Source: an uncultured Methanomassiliicoccales archaeon | GTDB taxonomy: Archaea; Thermoplasmatota; Thermoplasmata; Methanomassiliicoccales; UBA472 | Assembly (NCBI GenBank): GCA_963695345.1 | Contig: OY968769.1 | Location: 2,048,001-2,112,000 of the forward strand | Length of the DNA: 64,000 nt | Reading direction: 5' to 3' | In this document: piece after piece, positions 52,818 to 63,608 of the stretch | How positions within the stretch are numbered: position 1 is the stretch's first letter | Layout: each line of letters starts with the position of its first letter | Notes under the pieces: model-generated | The model's database searches: none | Seen by the model: only the letters and a program-made list of their open reading frames with translations | Told to the model about the DNA's origin: nothing | Translations under genes and position numbers: made by a program

Positions 52818-55800
52818 CTATGACCTCTTCCGCCAGTTCCAAACGATGTTGCCGACGATCAACAATAATGCGACACCCATCCCGGCATAGCTGAGCCAGT
52901 AACCGATCTGCATGTTGTTCTGTCCGGTGTAGTAGAGGTTGAGGGATATGTTGCCATTGCCCGTAACCACGTACCCGTTGATTATCCCATCATCGACGAA
53001 GTGTCCCTGCACGGTCCCATCGCTGGCTGTGAGGACCCATTTCTGATCGTAGCTTTCCCTGAATGCCACTATGGCCTGCCCGCTGACGTTGGTCATATCG
53101 ATCCGGTACTCCACCGAGCTGATCCGGATGAACGATATGTCGGAGTTCTTTGGGGAAAGCATGGTGGTCGTGAGGTCGACCTTGTCGCTGGCGAGGACTC
53201 TCACGTTGTCCAGCCAGCATTTCCAAGTTTCCGAGTCGTTGTTCTTCAGATCGAAGCTTATGTCCACCCGCCCATAGACTGCGCCAGCCGGCACTTCGAG
53301 GCTTGTCTGGTTCGATCTCCACAGATTCCATATGCTCCTTTGATCGATGGTCATGTTCGTCTGTGATATCAGATCGTTATTCTCATCCAGATAGCTGACC
53401 TGGACCAACGGTATGGTCAATCCGTAGGGCAGGGAATCGGCGGTTATGGTGTAGGTCTTGTTCTGATCGAAAGCGAATTCGTCGGAGATTATCTGATACG
53501 TTTCGACCCCGGCGATGGTCTTATTCTGCTGGAACAGAAGCGCATAGACTCCATCCATGTAGTTGTCCTGGTTCGTGTAATTGGAAATCGGGGACCTGAC
53601 GGGTACTGAACCATTGACACTGTAGTACACCTGCCACCCTCCGTACCCGTAGTCGAATGAGGGATTGCTCAGGACATTGATACCGAACTTGTACACCGTC
53701 TTCGTGGTCAGCAGACCCAGGGCATCCGTCCTGGCCGAGTCATAGCTTTCCGCGGACACGATGGATATCGCCGAAATGCCGTTGAAACCAGCAATATTCT
53801 TCAATGAAACGGTGACCGTTTCCCCATCGACGGCGACCATCGGTATCTTAGCCAGCAAGAACCCGTCATAACCGTCGTAGGTTTCAATGGTCTGGTCGAC
53901 GCCATTGGTGGTGACCTGGATCGTTCCCCCCTGTTCGTTTGCGAAATACCTCAAGATAAGATAGGAATTTCCGCTATGGTCAGGGGTGATCTCGAAGTTC
54001 ACCTGATCCGTAGAGCCAATGGTGTAGACCACGCCTCTATTGAAATCGAAGTCGAAGGAATACTGCGGCCAATTGACATAAGGGTGCCAGACGTTCTGGT
54101 GAGGGTCCCAATAACTGCCCTTGGACCACTGGGTGGTCGGATTGAAATTGACCACCTGGTCGTACGGGAAGATGGTGGTCATGTTGCTGCCCGCAGTGAC
54201 CATGGCCTCCATGTATGTCAGGCCCTCGATCATCTGGCTATCGGTCTTGTCAGAAATGATGATGGGGGCCGCGCTGATCGCCTTAAGGCTTACGTCCTGT
54301 CCAATGAAATCATATGAGAAGTCGTTTGAATATCCGGTGCTTTTCATGAACTGGTCCATCAGGCGGTATCCGCCATCGGCCAGGACCAGGTCCTGGTTGG
54401 TCGATATCCGGTAGTCGGCCTTCAGATTCTTGAAGATATACACCATTCCCTGATGGAATACTTCCAGGAAAACCGAGGAGTTCTCCATCTTCGAGATCAT
54501 CGGCTGGACCAGGCCTTGTAGCTCCTTTACGTCGTTATGGATCACCAGATATCCAATGTTCACAAAGCCACAGAAAGCGGCCAGGGACTCCACGTCCTGA
54601 TTGTGGAACAATGAGGAACTGTACTTAGTGTCCAGCGCAAAGTACCCGAAGTGGTTCCAATTGGTACCGAAAAGGATCGTTGGGACCGAGGATGAGAATG
54701 TCCAGATATCATTGGAGCCGACCGTTGAGCTCCAGACCGGTTTATATGACCCGTAGTCCGGCAGGTAGACCGCTCGATAGTCCTCTCCCACGGAATCCAG
54801 ATAGTTCCACGCATTCTGGAACTCGACCGGCACATCGGCCGGACCTGCGTTCGCGGCGGGATTGGTAAATAGCAATGGCCAGGAATACGCCGAGACCAGC
54901 AGGATGAAGACGACGAGGAAGGCGATCAACGAGACCCTTCTTTGCTTTCCGAAGAGTTTGAACCTGCGGCCCTTGACGAAGCGAATAATGGATACGAAGG
55001 TGAAGCCGCAAAGGACCGTCAGCGAGATCGCAATCAGTGCGTCCGAGACCCTCCATGTCCTGAACGCCAGGCCTATGGGTGTATTGAAGAACAGGTATTC
55101 GTGAATTCCCTTGAACGGACTGTCGACGTAAAAGAAAAGGATCGAAAATACCAACAGGATCGCATAGAACAGGACCTCGTTGTATCTTGAGTAACGATAT
55201 ACCGCAAAGAAAGCGGCAGCCGTGATCAATATCGTCGCCGGGACCAGATAGTTGAGGAATGAGAAGGGGTTGCTGGTGATCACATAGTAGGAACCCAGGT
55301 CCATGTGCGAGCTGGCGAGCAGCATATTGAACATGGTGGCGTGGCCCCATGGAACGCTCAGCCCGGTGGTGGACAGCGCCAGACCCTGGGATGATGTGGC
55401 CGTCAGCCTGAAGATGAGCCGATAGGCGATAAGGGAGACGAACAGGAACATCACGCCGAAAAAGGCCACCGTCGGGGTCACCAACTTCTTCTTCCAACTC
55501 CCCTTCCTGGTGGTGATGCAGAAGAACATGTAGAGGAATAGAATGATGGGGAATCCTGCCCAGATGAAATGCTCATCCACGTTGAACGCCATCAGTATGG
55601 CGCAGATCGGCAGATAGACCCATTTGTTGTCCAGGGCCGTCTTGGAGAACGCCCAGATGATCCAGGGAAGGCTGGTCAGGGACAATTGGATCCCCACCCA
55701 ATAGCTGTCGCCCAGGAAGTATGAAGGGTTAAGCCCATAGATCAGCGATCCAAGGAACGCCGCAGCGGTGATCGTGAGGGAATCATCCATTCGCTTGCTT

Positions 55801-56210
55801 AGATAATAACGGATCAGTATGAAAGCCCCGAGGAAGGCGAAGAACTGGAACGATAGTTTCTCCAGCGCGATGATGCCCACGGTCTGCAGGCCCAGGGCCT
55901 GACCGATTATCCAGAAAGAGGTGCGGAACGAAAGGGGGTCGAGACCGAAGGAACCTCCCGAATAGTAATCGTTCCAGGCATAGTTACCCAGGCTGCCTAA
56001 CGGGGGAATGTAGTTCTTTGCGATCACCGCTTGGTTCTCGGGTATCATGAACACCTTGAGATTTCCCGCGATTCCTGCCTCAAGATAGGTCAGATTGCAC
56101 GCGACGGTGATGATGATGAGTATCGCGACGACCAACCAGAAGCGTCTATCTAGACCTAAGAGGTCGAAACGCTTTCGTACACCGGTGATCGCGCTATTGA
56201 AAACTGCCAA
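52818..56210 (-). CDS. 1130-aa multi-TM GT-C-like protein with extracellular carbohydrate-binding-like domains
   Basis: N-terminal TM array, YRAVYLP, NPSF..G..GW CBM-like segment, FRESYD..W...H...G..NGY and a final TM helix; same architecture as 42141..44579. Confidence 0.65.
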   Translation of the reverse strand: MAVFNSAITGVRKRFDLLGLDRRFWLVVAILIIITVACNLTYLEAGIAGNLKVFMIPENQAVIAKNYIPPLGSLGNYAWNDYYSGGSFGLDPLSFRTSFWIIGQALGLQTVGIIALEKLSFQFFAFLGAFILIRYYLSKRMDDSLTITAAAFLGSLIYGLNPSYFLGDSYWVGIQLSLTSLPWIIWAFSKTALDNKWVYLPICAILMAFNVDEHFIWAGFPIILFLYMFFCITTRKGSWKKKLVTPTVAFFGVMFLFVSLIAYRLIFRLTATSSQGLALSTTGLSVPWGHATMFNMLLASSHMDLGSYYVITSNPFSFLNYLVPATILITAAAFFAVYRYSRYNEVLFYAILLVFSILFFYVDSPFKGIHEYLFFNTPIGLAFRTWRVSDALIAISLTVLCGFTFVSIIRFVKGRRFKLFGKQRRVSLIAFLVVFILLVSAYSWPLLFTNPAANAGPADVPVEFQNAWNYLDSVGEDYRAVYLPDYGSYKPVWSSTVGSNDIWTFSSSVPTILFGTNWNHFGYFALDTKYSSSLFHNQDVESLAAFCGFVNIGYLVIHNDVKELQGLVQPMISKMENSSVFLEVFHQGMVYIFKNLKADYRISTNQDLVLADGGYRLMDQFMKSTGYSNDFSYDFIGQDVSLKAISAAPIIISDKTDSQMIEGLTYMEAMVTAGSNMTTIFPYDQVVNFNPTTQWSKGSYWDPHQNVWHPYVNWPQYSFDFDFNRGVVYTIGSTDQVNFEITPDHSGNSYLILRYFANEQGGTIQVTTNGVDQTIETYDGYDGFLLAKIPMVAVDGETVTVSLKNIAGFNGISAISIVSAESYDSARTDALGLLTTKTVYKFGINVLSNPSFDYGYGGWQVYYSVNGSVPVRSPISNYTNQDNYMDGVYALLFQQNKTIAGVETYQIISDEFAFDQNKTYTITADSLPYGLTIPLVQVSYLDENNDLISQTNMTIDQRSIWNLWRSNQTSLEVPAGAVYGRVDISFDLKNNDSETWKCWLDNVRVLASDKVDLTTTMLSPKNSDISFIRISSVEYRIDMTNVSGQAIVAFRESYDQKWVLTASDGTVQGHFVDDGIINGYVVTGNGNISLNLYYTGQNNMQIGYWLSYAGMGVALLLIVGNIVWNWRKRS

Positions 56211-56364
56211 AACATCTCACCTGGTGGCCCATCATTCCCTGCCTTCTGGCATTAAGTTTGACATAGTTAAGGGTTTGCTCTTTTTGTCCGTCAATTGTGG
56301 CGGCGAGATATTTATCCATTCACCACCGTCAATTAACTTATTATGACGGATATCACAATAAATG

Positions 56365-56694
56365 TCACTTAGCGGTCCTGCTTCCGTTCTTTTGCTTTCT
56401 CAAGTTTCTGATCCGGTCAAGCCGCCCAAAAAACGGCTCCGCCTCTCCTTCCGGTCCTGTCTGACTGTTCGAGGATGGCCGGAATCTCTCAATTATGACG
56501 ATCAGGATCCCGGTCACAAAAGAGTAGAACGCAAGTATGGCCCAGGGATTCGGGTCCCAGAAATAGAACAGGGCGGAGGCCACAAGGAAGGCGATGGAGA
56601 CGATTATTGGGAATCGCGGGTCCACCTTCAGCAGGTATCTCATCGAGAACAGGGATATGACAAGAATGAGAACCGCGACATCCATGATGTTCAT
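56365..56694 (-). CDS. Small three-TM membrane protein
   Basis: Hydrophobic ORF in an operon with the flanking genes. Confidence 0.6.
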   Translation of the reverse strand: MNIMDVAVLILVISLFSMRYLLKVDPRFPIIVSIAFLVASALFYFWDPNPWAILAFYSFVTGILIVIIERFRPSSNSQTGPEGEAEPFFGRLDRIRNLRKQKNGSRTAK

Positions 56695-56795
56695 TCAACG
56701 CCTCGCCTTTCTTTATGTGTCTCGTATTATTTGTTCTTTACAGGATTCGTCAACAAAACCAGAGGCAATAATGGATGGGCCTCTCCTGTTCACGT

Positions 56796-57794
56796 TCAAG
56801 CGATCAGTAGTCGGTTTCGATGTTGGTGATCGGCAGTCGAGAACGCATAGCAGCTCAGAAGGTTGGAGGGGGACATGGTGGCAACGAAACTGCCGGCGGC
56901 TAGATCCCCTGTCCCCTCTATCTGGGTCCAGTAGAGGGGTCCCGACGCCCACGGCAAACCGCTGGCAATCATGCTGACCACATCCTTGGCCACCGCATCT
57001 TCCATGGAGGTGGTGAAAGGCTGATCCATCGCATCGCTCAATAGGACGATGCTGCCGTTGCCCCTATGGATAACGGCGGCCGATGTGAGGCTCTCTCCCC
57101 TCGAATACAGATACCCGATCGCCTGGCCATAGTTCTCCACATCACTGACCCGCATTCCCTGTCTGGGTGAGACGAATTCGAAGCCAAAGGCGGTGGCCAC
57201 TAGACTGGCAGTGACGCCGCTCCCCCCTTCATAGTCCAAGGCCTCATACCCTATCTGGTAGGGCGCGGCCATGGAGGAATTGGCGGAAACGAACGGCAAG
57301 GCTTCCGATCCCAGGCCGAAGATCAATCCTCCTTTTTCTACCCACGACAACATATCGGCTTCCTGGTCCGACCAGTCCTGGGTCGAATTGACTATGATCA
57401 GGGCGGAAGGTCCGCCCTTCATAACATCCAAGGCCCCCTGGTGGTCGACCAGCCTGACCGTCACAGGTAAACCTGATATCTCAATCTCGGCCCGGATGTG
57501 GTCGTACAGGCCCAATATCCGGGCGTAGTCCTGAATTGAGTATTTATTTTTGTCAGAGAATATGTAAATGGGCAAGGGCTCATATCGATCCAACGGTACC
57601 AGGACGATTCTTACGGGATCGGAGTATCGAGAAGACGAAATAGAATAGTTGACCAGCACCGATTCATTGCTCCCGCCGTAACCTCGTTTGACGGTCAACG
57701 TGATCGCGCCTGGCTCATTCCAGGGCTGGATCACCGCCGATGTGATGAACAACGCGGATATCACAAGCGCCAGCAGAATCGCCCCTATCCTCAT
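56796..57794 (-). CDS. Secreted/membrane-anchored hypothetical protein (GATase-like fold possible)
   Basis: N-terminal hydrophobic helix, WVEKGG.I and G.G.IV.LSD motifs; ATGA overlap with the upstream gene. Confidence 0.6.
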   Translation of the reverse strand: MRIGAILLALVISALFITSAVIQPWNEPGAITLTVKRGYGGSNESVLVNYSISSSRYSDPVRIVLVPLDRYEPLPIYIFSDKNKYSIQDYARILGLYDHIRAEIEISGLPVTVRLVDHQGALDVMKGGPSALIIVNSTQDWSDQEADMLSWVEKGGLIFGLGSEALPFVSANSSMAAPYQIGYEALDYEGGSGVTASLVATAFGFEFVSPRQGMRVSDVENYGQAIGYLYSRGESLTSAAVIHRGNGSIVLLSDAMDQPFTTSMEDAVAKDVVSMIASGLPWASGPLYWTQIEGTGDLAAGSFVATMSPSNLLSCYAFSTADHQHRNRLLIA

Positions 57795-59218
57795 TTTTCC
57801 TTCACCTCAGGATTCCTCGTCAGGTAAGATAGGGGATCATATTTTGCGGGAAGAAAAATGGAGTAAAGGAACAATGTTGCCGAAAAAATCACCGCGGATA
57901 GGATGAATATGTGCGATAACGGATCCGCCGAATTGTAGTACAACACGATATTGCTGTTAAGTGTCTCGATTTCCACCAGCCCAACGTAGCTGGCTAGAGG
58001 ATAGAACAATGCGTAGAATGATTGGAGCGATGATAGGAACAGCACGCCCAGCACCGAGAGGGCGGCGAATCTCCATTCCATTCTGGTCCCCTCAGGCGCG
58101 ACCAGGAGCATCAACGGAATGAGCCATATCAGATGCTGCGGGTTGCTCAATGGCTGAAGGATCAAAAGGGTGGCCACGAACAGTAAATTGCCTCTGATCA
58201 ACCTTTTATGAAGATCCGTTCCAGTTCTTCCTTTCACTGCCCACCAGGCCCAAAGCACTGATGCCCCCAGGATGGCGATGTAAATCAGGGTGGACAGGTG
58301 CAGGTCGGGAAAGGCCGAATCCGGGCTGATCTCCGGTATTAGGCCGTTCCATAAAGACCAAACGCTGATTCCCCCGAATTGCTGATAGTCGGTTCTTCTG
58401 AGGATTAACTCCGTGAATCTTCCCGATGCAATGAAGAACGGAAGCACAGTCACCAGCGCGATCGCCCCGCCGGCGAGCAACTCGACGACCTGTTTTCCTC
58501 CGTGCTTCGATATCCAAGGAATCGTCCTCTTCCGGTTCATCACTATGATGACCGTCAGGTAGAAGAAAATGAGGAAAACTGGGTAAACCTTGAGCAAGGT
58601 TCCCACCCCTAGAGCGAAACCCGCGAAAAGATACTTTTGTCTGATCGCGAAATAAAGCGCCGCCAGGGTCATCAAGGCTGGAAGCACGTCGAACTGGCCC
58701 ATCATCGAGCCGGTAAGGATGACCAAGGGGTTCAGGAACCATAGGACGAACGCACGTTTTGCCCAGGTCTCGCCATACAGGTCCCGGACTATGAGGAATA
58801 TGATCATTCCGGCCAGCAGGTCTCCTATGATCAAGGGAAATTTGATGGCCAGATTGAACTCGGGGCTGGTTACGTATGGGACCAACATGCCCGTGGCCTG
58901 GGCCGCACCGACCATCGTCGGCTGGAACATAACAAAACCAGACGGATCTTGGAAAAGTGAAAGGAGAAGAACGAACGGATACGTGATGACCATGAAAAGA
59001 GGGGGATATGAGTACATTACATGGCCATAGATACCCAGGCCTGAAAGGGAATCGGCCATCGCTGAATAGTACGGGTATACGTCGTAGGTCCAGGAAGTGA
59101 ATGGAGCCAAGGCGAAACGGATCGCCAAACCGACCAGGGCGATGACCGCGATCCCCCTGAAGGAAAGCATGAGGGACCTGGTCAAATGTACATACGATCT
59201 TATTGATCCATCAGCCAT
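57791..59218 (-). CDS. GT-C (GT87/PIG-M-like) polyprenol-phosphate-sugar-dependent transferase
   Basis: YD after TM1, YSYPPL, K.P....D, LNP......GQFD, K.YP, NPQH..W. Confidence 0.75.
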   Translation of the reverse strand: MADGSIRSYVHLTRSLMLSFRGIAVIALVGLAIRFALAPFTSWTYDVYPYYSAMADSLSGLGIYGHVMYSYPPLFMVITYPFVLLLSLFQDPSGFVMFQPTMVGAAQATGMLVPYVTSPEFNLAIKFPLIIGDLLAGMIIFLIVRDLYGETWAKRAFVLWFLNPLVILTGSMMGQFDVLPALMTLAALYFAIRQKYLFAGFALGVGTLLKVYPVFLIFFYLTVIIVMNRKRTIPWISKHGGKQVVELLAGGAIALVTVLPFFIASGRFTELILRRTDYQQFGGISVWSLWNGLIPEISPDSAFPDLHLSTLIYIAILGASVLWAWWAVKGRTGTDLHKRLIRGNLLFVATLLILQPLSNPQHLIWLIPLMLLVAPEGTRMEWRFAALSVLGVLFLSSLQSFYALFYPLASYVGLVEIETLNSNIVLYYNSADPLSHIFILSAVIFSATLFLYSIFLPAKYDPLSYLTRNPEVKEK

Positions 59219-59412
59219 GGTTCCTCCACACCCACCTCATACTCCCAACAATCCAGTATCGTATGCTGTCTTTTCTTGTCAAAGGTATGTATTCTATTAA
59301 ACTTTGTCAATGAATCGACCCATCCACAGGCATGAGTAATCCCATTGTGCCAGAGTATGGATGGCAGGGACCTCGGCAACCTTCGGAGAAATAATACGCG
59401 AAATCCGGGCGT

Positions 59413-60375
59413 TCACGGACTTCCGCCGTCGCCCGACCGGACCTTTGAGGCATAGAACCTGTTGAATATCCATTTGTACACTCGGTTGGGGATCGCCAGC
59501 ATGGGCACGTCGACCAGCCAGAAGCTCGGGTAGGATCCGAAGGACCGTCTCATTAGACCGAACAGCTCGGAGTCCACCTTCAATCCGTTCACCTTGGCCC
59601 AGGAGATCTCTCGCACATAACGGCCTTTGATCACGAAATCACCGTTCCTCTTGATCTGGTGCGAATAGCCCAGGTCTTCCATGCCGGAAAAGAGCTGGAC
59701 AAGTTTGAGACCGACCTGTAAGGATGTGCCGCCCTTTCCCCATCTGGCTCCTTCGCCCTGCCTCAGCATTTCGTCGGCGATGACATAGCCCTTTCTTCCG
59801 TCCTTTGGAGCCAGCGACTGGATCGAGTAGGCGAAGTGGATCCACAGACAACCATCGAACCTCTTCATGTCCAGGTCCAGCCATACCTGGCGGTTCACTA
59901 TGTTGCTGGAGACCAGGCCGTTCTTGAACTGACCATGCCTGAAGAACTGGTTACCGTCCTGGCAGAATACATCATCTGAGAGTCCCAGATCGATCCAGTT
60001 CTTGAAATTGGCGAATATCAGGGCCAGGTCGGGGTGTTTGACCATCACGTCCATGATGTGGCCGACCGATCCTGGGAGCAGGTAGTCATCATCCGAGACA
60101 AACCACACGAACTTGCCCTTTGCGTTCCGCACGATGCAATCGACGTTCGCGTCGAAGCCAACATTGACATCGTTCCTGGCGTACCTGACCAATTCGGGAT
60201 AGCGGGATTGATAGTCTTTGGCAATATTGGCGGTCTCATCGACCGACGCATTGTCCATTATCAGGACCTCGACGGACTTTCCCTCCGCTTCTTTGATGAT
60301 GCTGTCCAGCACTTCGGAGAGGAACATCTGACCGTTATAGGTGGGTATGCCTATTGTCAATACAGGAACGTTCAT
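59413..60375 (-). CDS. GT2 glycosyltransferase, RfbV-like
   Basis: LTIGIPTYN, DNAS.D, N.GFD.N, WFVSDDD, W.H. Confidence 0.8.
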   Translation of the reverse strand: MNVPVLTIGIPTYNGQMFLSEVLDSIIKEAEGKSVEVLIMDNASVDETANIAKDYQSRYPELVRYARNDVNVGFDANVDCIVRNAKGKFVWFVSDDDYLLPGSVGHIMDVMVKHPDLALIFANFKNWIDLGLSDDVFCQDGNQFFRHGQFKNGLVSSNIVNRQVWLDLDMKRFDGCLWIHFAYSIQSLAPKDGRKGYVIADEMLRQGEGARWGKGGTSLQVGLKLVQLFSGMEDLGYSHQIKRNGDFVIKGRYVREISWAKVNGLKVDSELFGLMRRSFGSYPSFWLVDVPMLAIPNRVYKWIFNRFYASKVRSGDGGSP

Positions 60376-60605
60376 GTCAGATCTCAGCCTGGTGAACCAA
60401 AAACCGCTCGGGTCCTAACCGCTTTGTCCTAATTAAATCGTGCGTTCTTCAGCATGAGGATCAACGGTGCCTGCAATGGCAGCCGTCTCAATGGTACTCT
60501 TGGAAATGAACGGACCGAACGCATCGGGCGATATTCCACCGCCCGAATGATTAGATGCTGATACATTCCGGCCAGGCATTTCCGAGGTCGAGGTCGCCCT
60601 GTCTT

Positions 60606-61658
60606 TCAGCGGACCTGGTTCCATCTTATCGTTCTGCTTATCGCGGTGTCCAGGTTGACTGTGACCTTGAGATCCAGCGTTCTGATGGCGCGGTCAACAT
60701 TGGGAACGAATTTCGATGGCTGCTCCTCGGGACCTCTGGACAGTCCGCTGATTATCTTTGGTGGGGTCGGGAAATTGGAGGCGATCTTTTGGGCCAGGTC
60801 CTGGAGGGATATCGGGTCCGGACTGCCTACATTATAGCTCTGGCCGACCTCGCCCCTGACCAGGATATTCAGTAGCCACCAGGCCATATCCGATGGGTAC
60901 ATGTAGCTTCTAACGGTCCTTCCGTCCCCAAGGATCCTGATGGGGCCTCCGAGAAGTCCGTCCCTGATGAAATTGTTGATCGCCCATGGCCTGTCCAGTA
61001 ACTGATGCGGGCCGATGAAGGCGAACGGTCGGGCGGTGACGATCGGCAATCGATGCTGGTTCCGGTAGATGGAACATATGATCTCGCCCATTCTCTTCGA
61101 CTCTGCGTAGGCTGAGCTAAATGCCCCGCAGTCCAGTCCGCCCATCATGTTCTCGGAGATCCCTTTGGTCTCCCAGGGCTGCGCGCCATAGACCAATCCC
61201 GAGCTAAGATTCAGTATCTTCCTCACATCCGATGACCTGGAGGCGTATTCAAGCAGGGAATTGGTCCCCTCGACTATGGTCTGGACGGTCCTCAGCGGCT
61301 CCGATGCGTGAACCCTCCTGTCCGGGGTGGCCGCGGCGTGGATGATGTAGGAAAAGTCAGACGGGATGTCGGTAAGGTTCCTGATGTCCCTCTCGATCAG
61401 TTGCACGTCGTCCCGTTCTGCGATATGTGGAACATTTTTCCTGAAGCTGCCGGTATTGGTTGCCAGCAGCGCCAATCTGGTCTTGAAGCCATGTTGATCG
61501 TTGAGGTAGATCACCAGCTCTGACAGCCAGGTACCAACGAAACCGGTTCCTCCGGTTATCAGCAGGGACTCATTTCTTAGAAGGTCCAATTTCTTTGTGC
61601 CGGACGAGGTGACCGCTTCCAGGTCCTGAATGACGATCTTGTGCTGAGGGTTGTTCAT
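60606..61658 (-). CDS. NAD-dependent epimerase/dehydratase/reductase (extended SDR)
   Basis: ITGGTGFVG, HAA, SSG.VYG, YAESK, R.F.F.GP, R.Y.Y..D. Confidence 0.9.
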   Translation of the reverse strand: MNNPQHKIVIQDLEAVTSSGTKKLDLLRNESLLITGGTGFVGTWLSELVIYLNDQHGFKTRLALLATNTGSFRKNVPHIAERDDVQLIERDIRNLTDIPSDFSYIIHAAATPDRRVHASEPLRTVQTIVEGTNSLLEYASRSSDVRKILNLSSGLVYGAQPWETKGISENMMGGLDCGAFSSAYAESKRMGEIICSIYRNQHRLPIVTARPFAFIGPHQLLDRPWAINNFIRDGLLGGPIRILGDGRTVRSYMYPSDMAWWLLNILVRGEVGQSYNVGSPDPISLQDLAQKIASNFPTPPKIISGLSRGPEEQPSKFVPNVDRAIRTLDLKVTVNLDTAISRTIRWNQVR

Positions 61659-62674
61659 TGGACTTTCCTTCCCTTCATGGACGAAAGCTGCGCCGCGACC
61701 TCTATGATGATATCTTCTTGGCCTCCGACCACCTGCCTTCGCCCCAATTCGAAGAAGACATCGCGCGGGTCCACGTCGTACTCCATGGAGATCCTCTCCA
61801 CCGGCTTCGAGAAACCCGAGAAGACGCCAGCCATTCCGCTGACGACGCTCAAGGACCTTATCCTCGGGATCTCCTTCATCAGTTCCTTCTCGGCCATATC
61901 GGCGGCGTCGAGCAGTCCGTAGAGGTCGATCCCGGTCGAATACCCCATTTTATCCAGGACCGCCACGAGGACCTCGACCTGGGCATTGCCAGCGCCGGCG
62001 CCGAATCCCCTTGCTGCCCCATCGATGATGGTGGCGCCCGCCTCCACCGCCGCCATGGCGTTAGCGATCCCCATCCCCAGATTGTTGTGGGCGTGGAATC
62101 CGACGGGAATATTTAATTTGCCTACCAGAAGGGAGATGCGCTCCGTTACCTGAGGAGGAAGGTATGCCCCGGCCGAATCATAGATCACCACTCCTTCAGC
62201 GCCATAGGATTCCATCTTCTGAGCCTCCACCAGTAGGACGTCCGGCGAGGCCATGTGGCTCATCATGAGGGCCCCGACGGCCTCTTTGCCCTTCGCGCGA
62301 ATAAAACTGATATGCCTCTGGGTAACGTCTGCCTCGGTGCAATGGGCGGCCACCCTGACAACGTCCACTCCCAGTTCCAAAGCCTTCCCCAGGTCCCTCC
62401 TGATCGTGGCGAAACCCGGCATGTCATGGATGGCCAGCTTTGCCGTCGTTAGGCACTTTTTGGCCTCGGTCAACATCTTCTCGTCATTGATGGCACTTAT
62501 ACCGACCTGTAATGAGGATGCTCCAAGGCCGTTCCCGTGTCCGACCTCGACGATGGGGACGCCGGCAGCGTTGGCGGCCTTAGCATAGGACGTGATCTGC
62601 TCTACCGACAATTGGTGGGCCACCGCGTGGTTCCCATCCCTCAAGGTCACGTCATGGACAGTAATTTTAGACAT
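61655..62674 (-). CDS. dmpG: 4-hydroxy-2-oxovalerate aldolase (DmpG/MhpE family)
   Basis: DVTLRDG.H, HG.GLG.SS, HCTEADV, DSAG, GFHAHNNLG, GAGAGN, VGGQED. Confidence 0.93.
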   Translation of the reverse strand: MSKITVHDVTLRDGNHAVAHQLSVEQITSYAKAANAAGVPIVEVGHGNGLGASSLQVGISAINDEKMLTEAKKCLTTAKLAIHDMPGFATIRRDLGKALELGVDVVRVAAHCTEADVTQRHISFIRAKGKEAVGALMMSHMASPDVLLVEAQKMESYGAEGVVIYDSAGAYLPPQVTERISLLVGKLNIPVGFHAHNNLGMGIANAMAAVEAGATIIDGAARGFGAGAGNAQVEVLVAVLDKMGYSTGIDLYGLLDAADMAEKELMKEIPRIRSLSVVSGMAGVFSGFSKPVERISMEYDVDPRDVFFELGRRQVVGGQEDIIIEVAAQLSSMKGRKVQ

Positions 62675-62699
62675 GGACCATCCTTAATAGGCCGCACCT

Positions 62700-63581
62700 T
62701 TATTTGTTCATTATGATTTGTTTGGCGAATCGTTCGGCCATTGATATTCCAGCGCAGTTGATAATATCCATGTTCCCGGCATATTTCGGAAGGTAGTCCC
62801 CCATACCCCTGACTCTGACCATCACGACCACCCGGTTCGCCTCGATCGTCGGAGCGACCAGCAGATTGTATCCCGGGACATATTTCTGGATCTTAGCGAC
62901 CATCGAATCGACCTCCTCCCTGAGACGTGCCATGTCTGGCCGCTTCACCTTGGCAAAGACCGTAGTCTGCATGTCGATCGAGGGGTTGGCCGGATTCAGG
63001 ATCAGGATGGCCTTTACGTTCTGGCAGCCGGAGAACTTCCTCAGTCCCCTCTCGGTGGTGTCCACATACTCGTCCAGGTTCTGTCTCGTTGCCGGACCGG
63101 CACTCCGGGAGGCGATGCTCGAGACGACCTCGATATACTCCACGTCTTCCTGCGTCCTTCCGATAACGTTAGCCAGCGGTATCGATGCCTGCCCCCCGCA
63201 GGTGATCATGTTGATATTGTCATAGTCCAGGCATTCGTCCAGATTGATCGCCGGAATGCACATCTCGCCGATCCCGGACGGGGTCATGTCAATGACCTTC
63301 TTGTTCAGCTTCTTAAGGATCGGCCAGTGTTTGCTGTGGTCCATCGCCGAGGTGGCATCGAAAACAACGTCGCAGCAATCGGGATTCCTTTCGATCGCGT
63401 CAATGCTCAGGTCAGACACCTTGACCCCCAGGCTGTTCGCCTTGTTCATTCCTGGCGTCCCCAGGTGGCGTCCGATGAACAGCGAACACTCGATGTAGGG
63501 GGATCGCATCGTTTTGACCAAGAGGTCCGTTCCGATGTTGCCGCTGCCTAGGATCGCTACCTTGACCTTTTTGGTGTTCAT
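62700..63581 (-). CDS. dmpF: Acetaldehyde dehydrogenase (acylating) (DmpF/MhpF family)
   Basis: GSGNIGTDL, FDATSA, NMITCGGQA (catalytic Cys), SAGP.TR.N.DEY, G.GDYLP.YAGN. Confidence 0.95.
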   Translation of the reverse strand: MNTKKVKVAILGSGNIGTDLLVKTMRSPYIECSLFIGRHLGTPGMNKANSLGVKVSDLSIDAIERNPDCCDVVFDATSAMDHSKHWPILKKLNKKVIDMTPSGIGEMCIPAINLDECLDYDNINMITCGGQASIPLANVIGRTQEDVEYIEVVSSIASRSAGPATRQNLDEYVDTTERGLRKFSGCQNVKAILILNPANPSIDMQTTVFAKVKRPDMARLREEVDSMVAKIQKYVPGYNLLVAPTIEANRVVVMVRVRGMGDYLPKYAGNMDIINCAGISMAERFAKQIIMNK

Positions 63582-63608
63582 TATGCAGCACCCACAGTGT
63601 CTCGAGGT

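Noticed and set aside
61655-63581. Aromatic meta-cleavage catabolism suggested by dmpFG
   Set aside because: No dioxygenase, hydrolase or hydratase in view; the genes are coupled to a sugar SDR, a ThDP enzyme and glycosyltransferases
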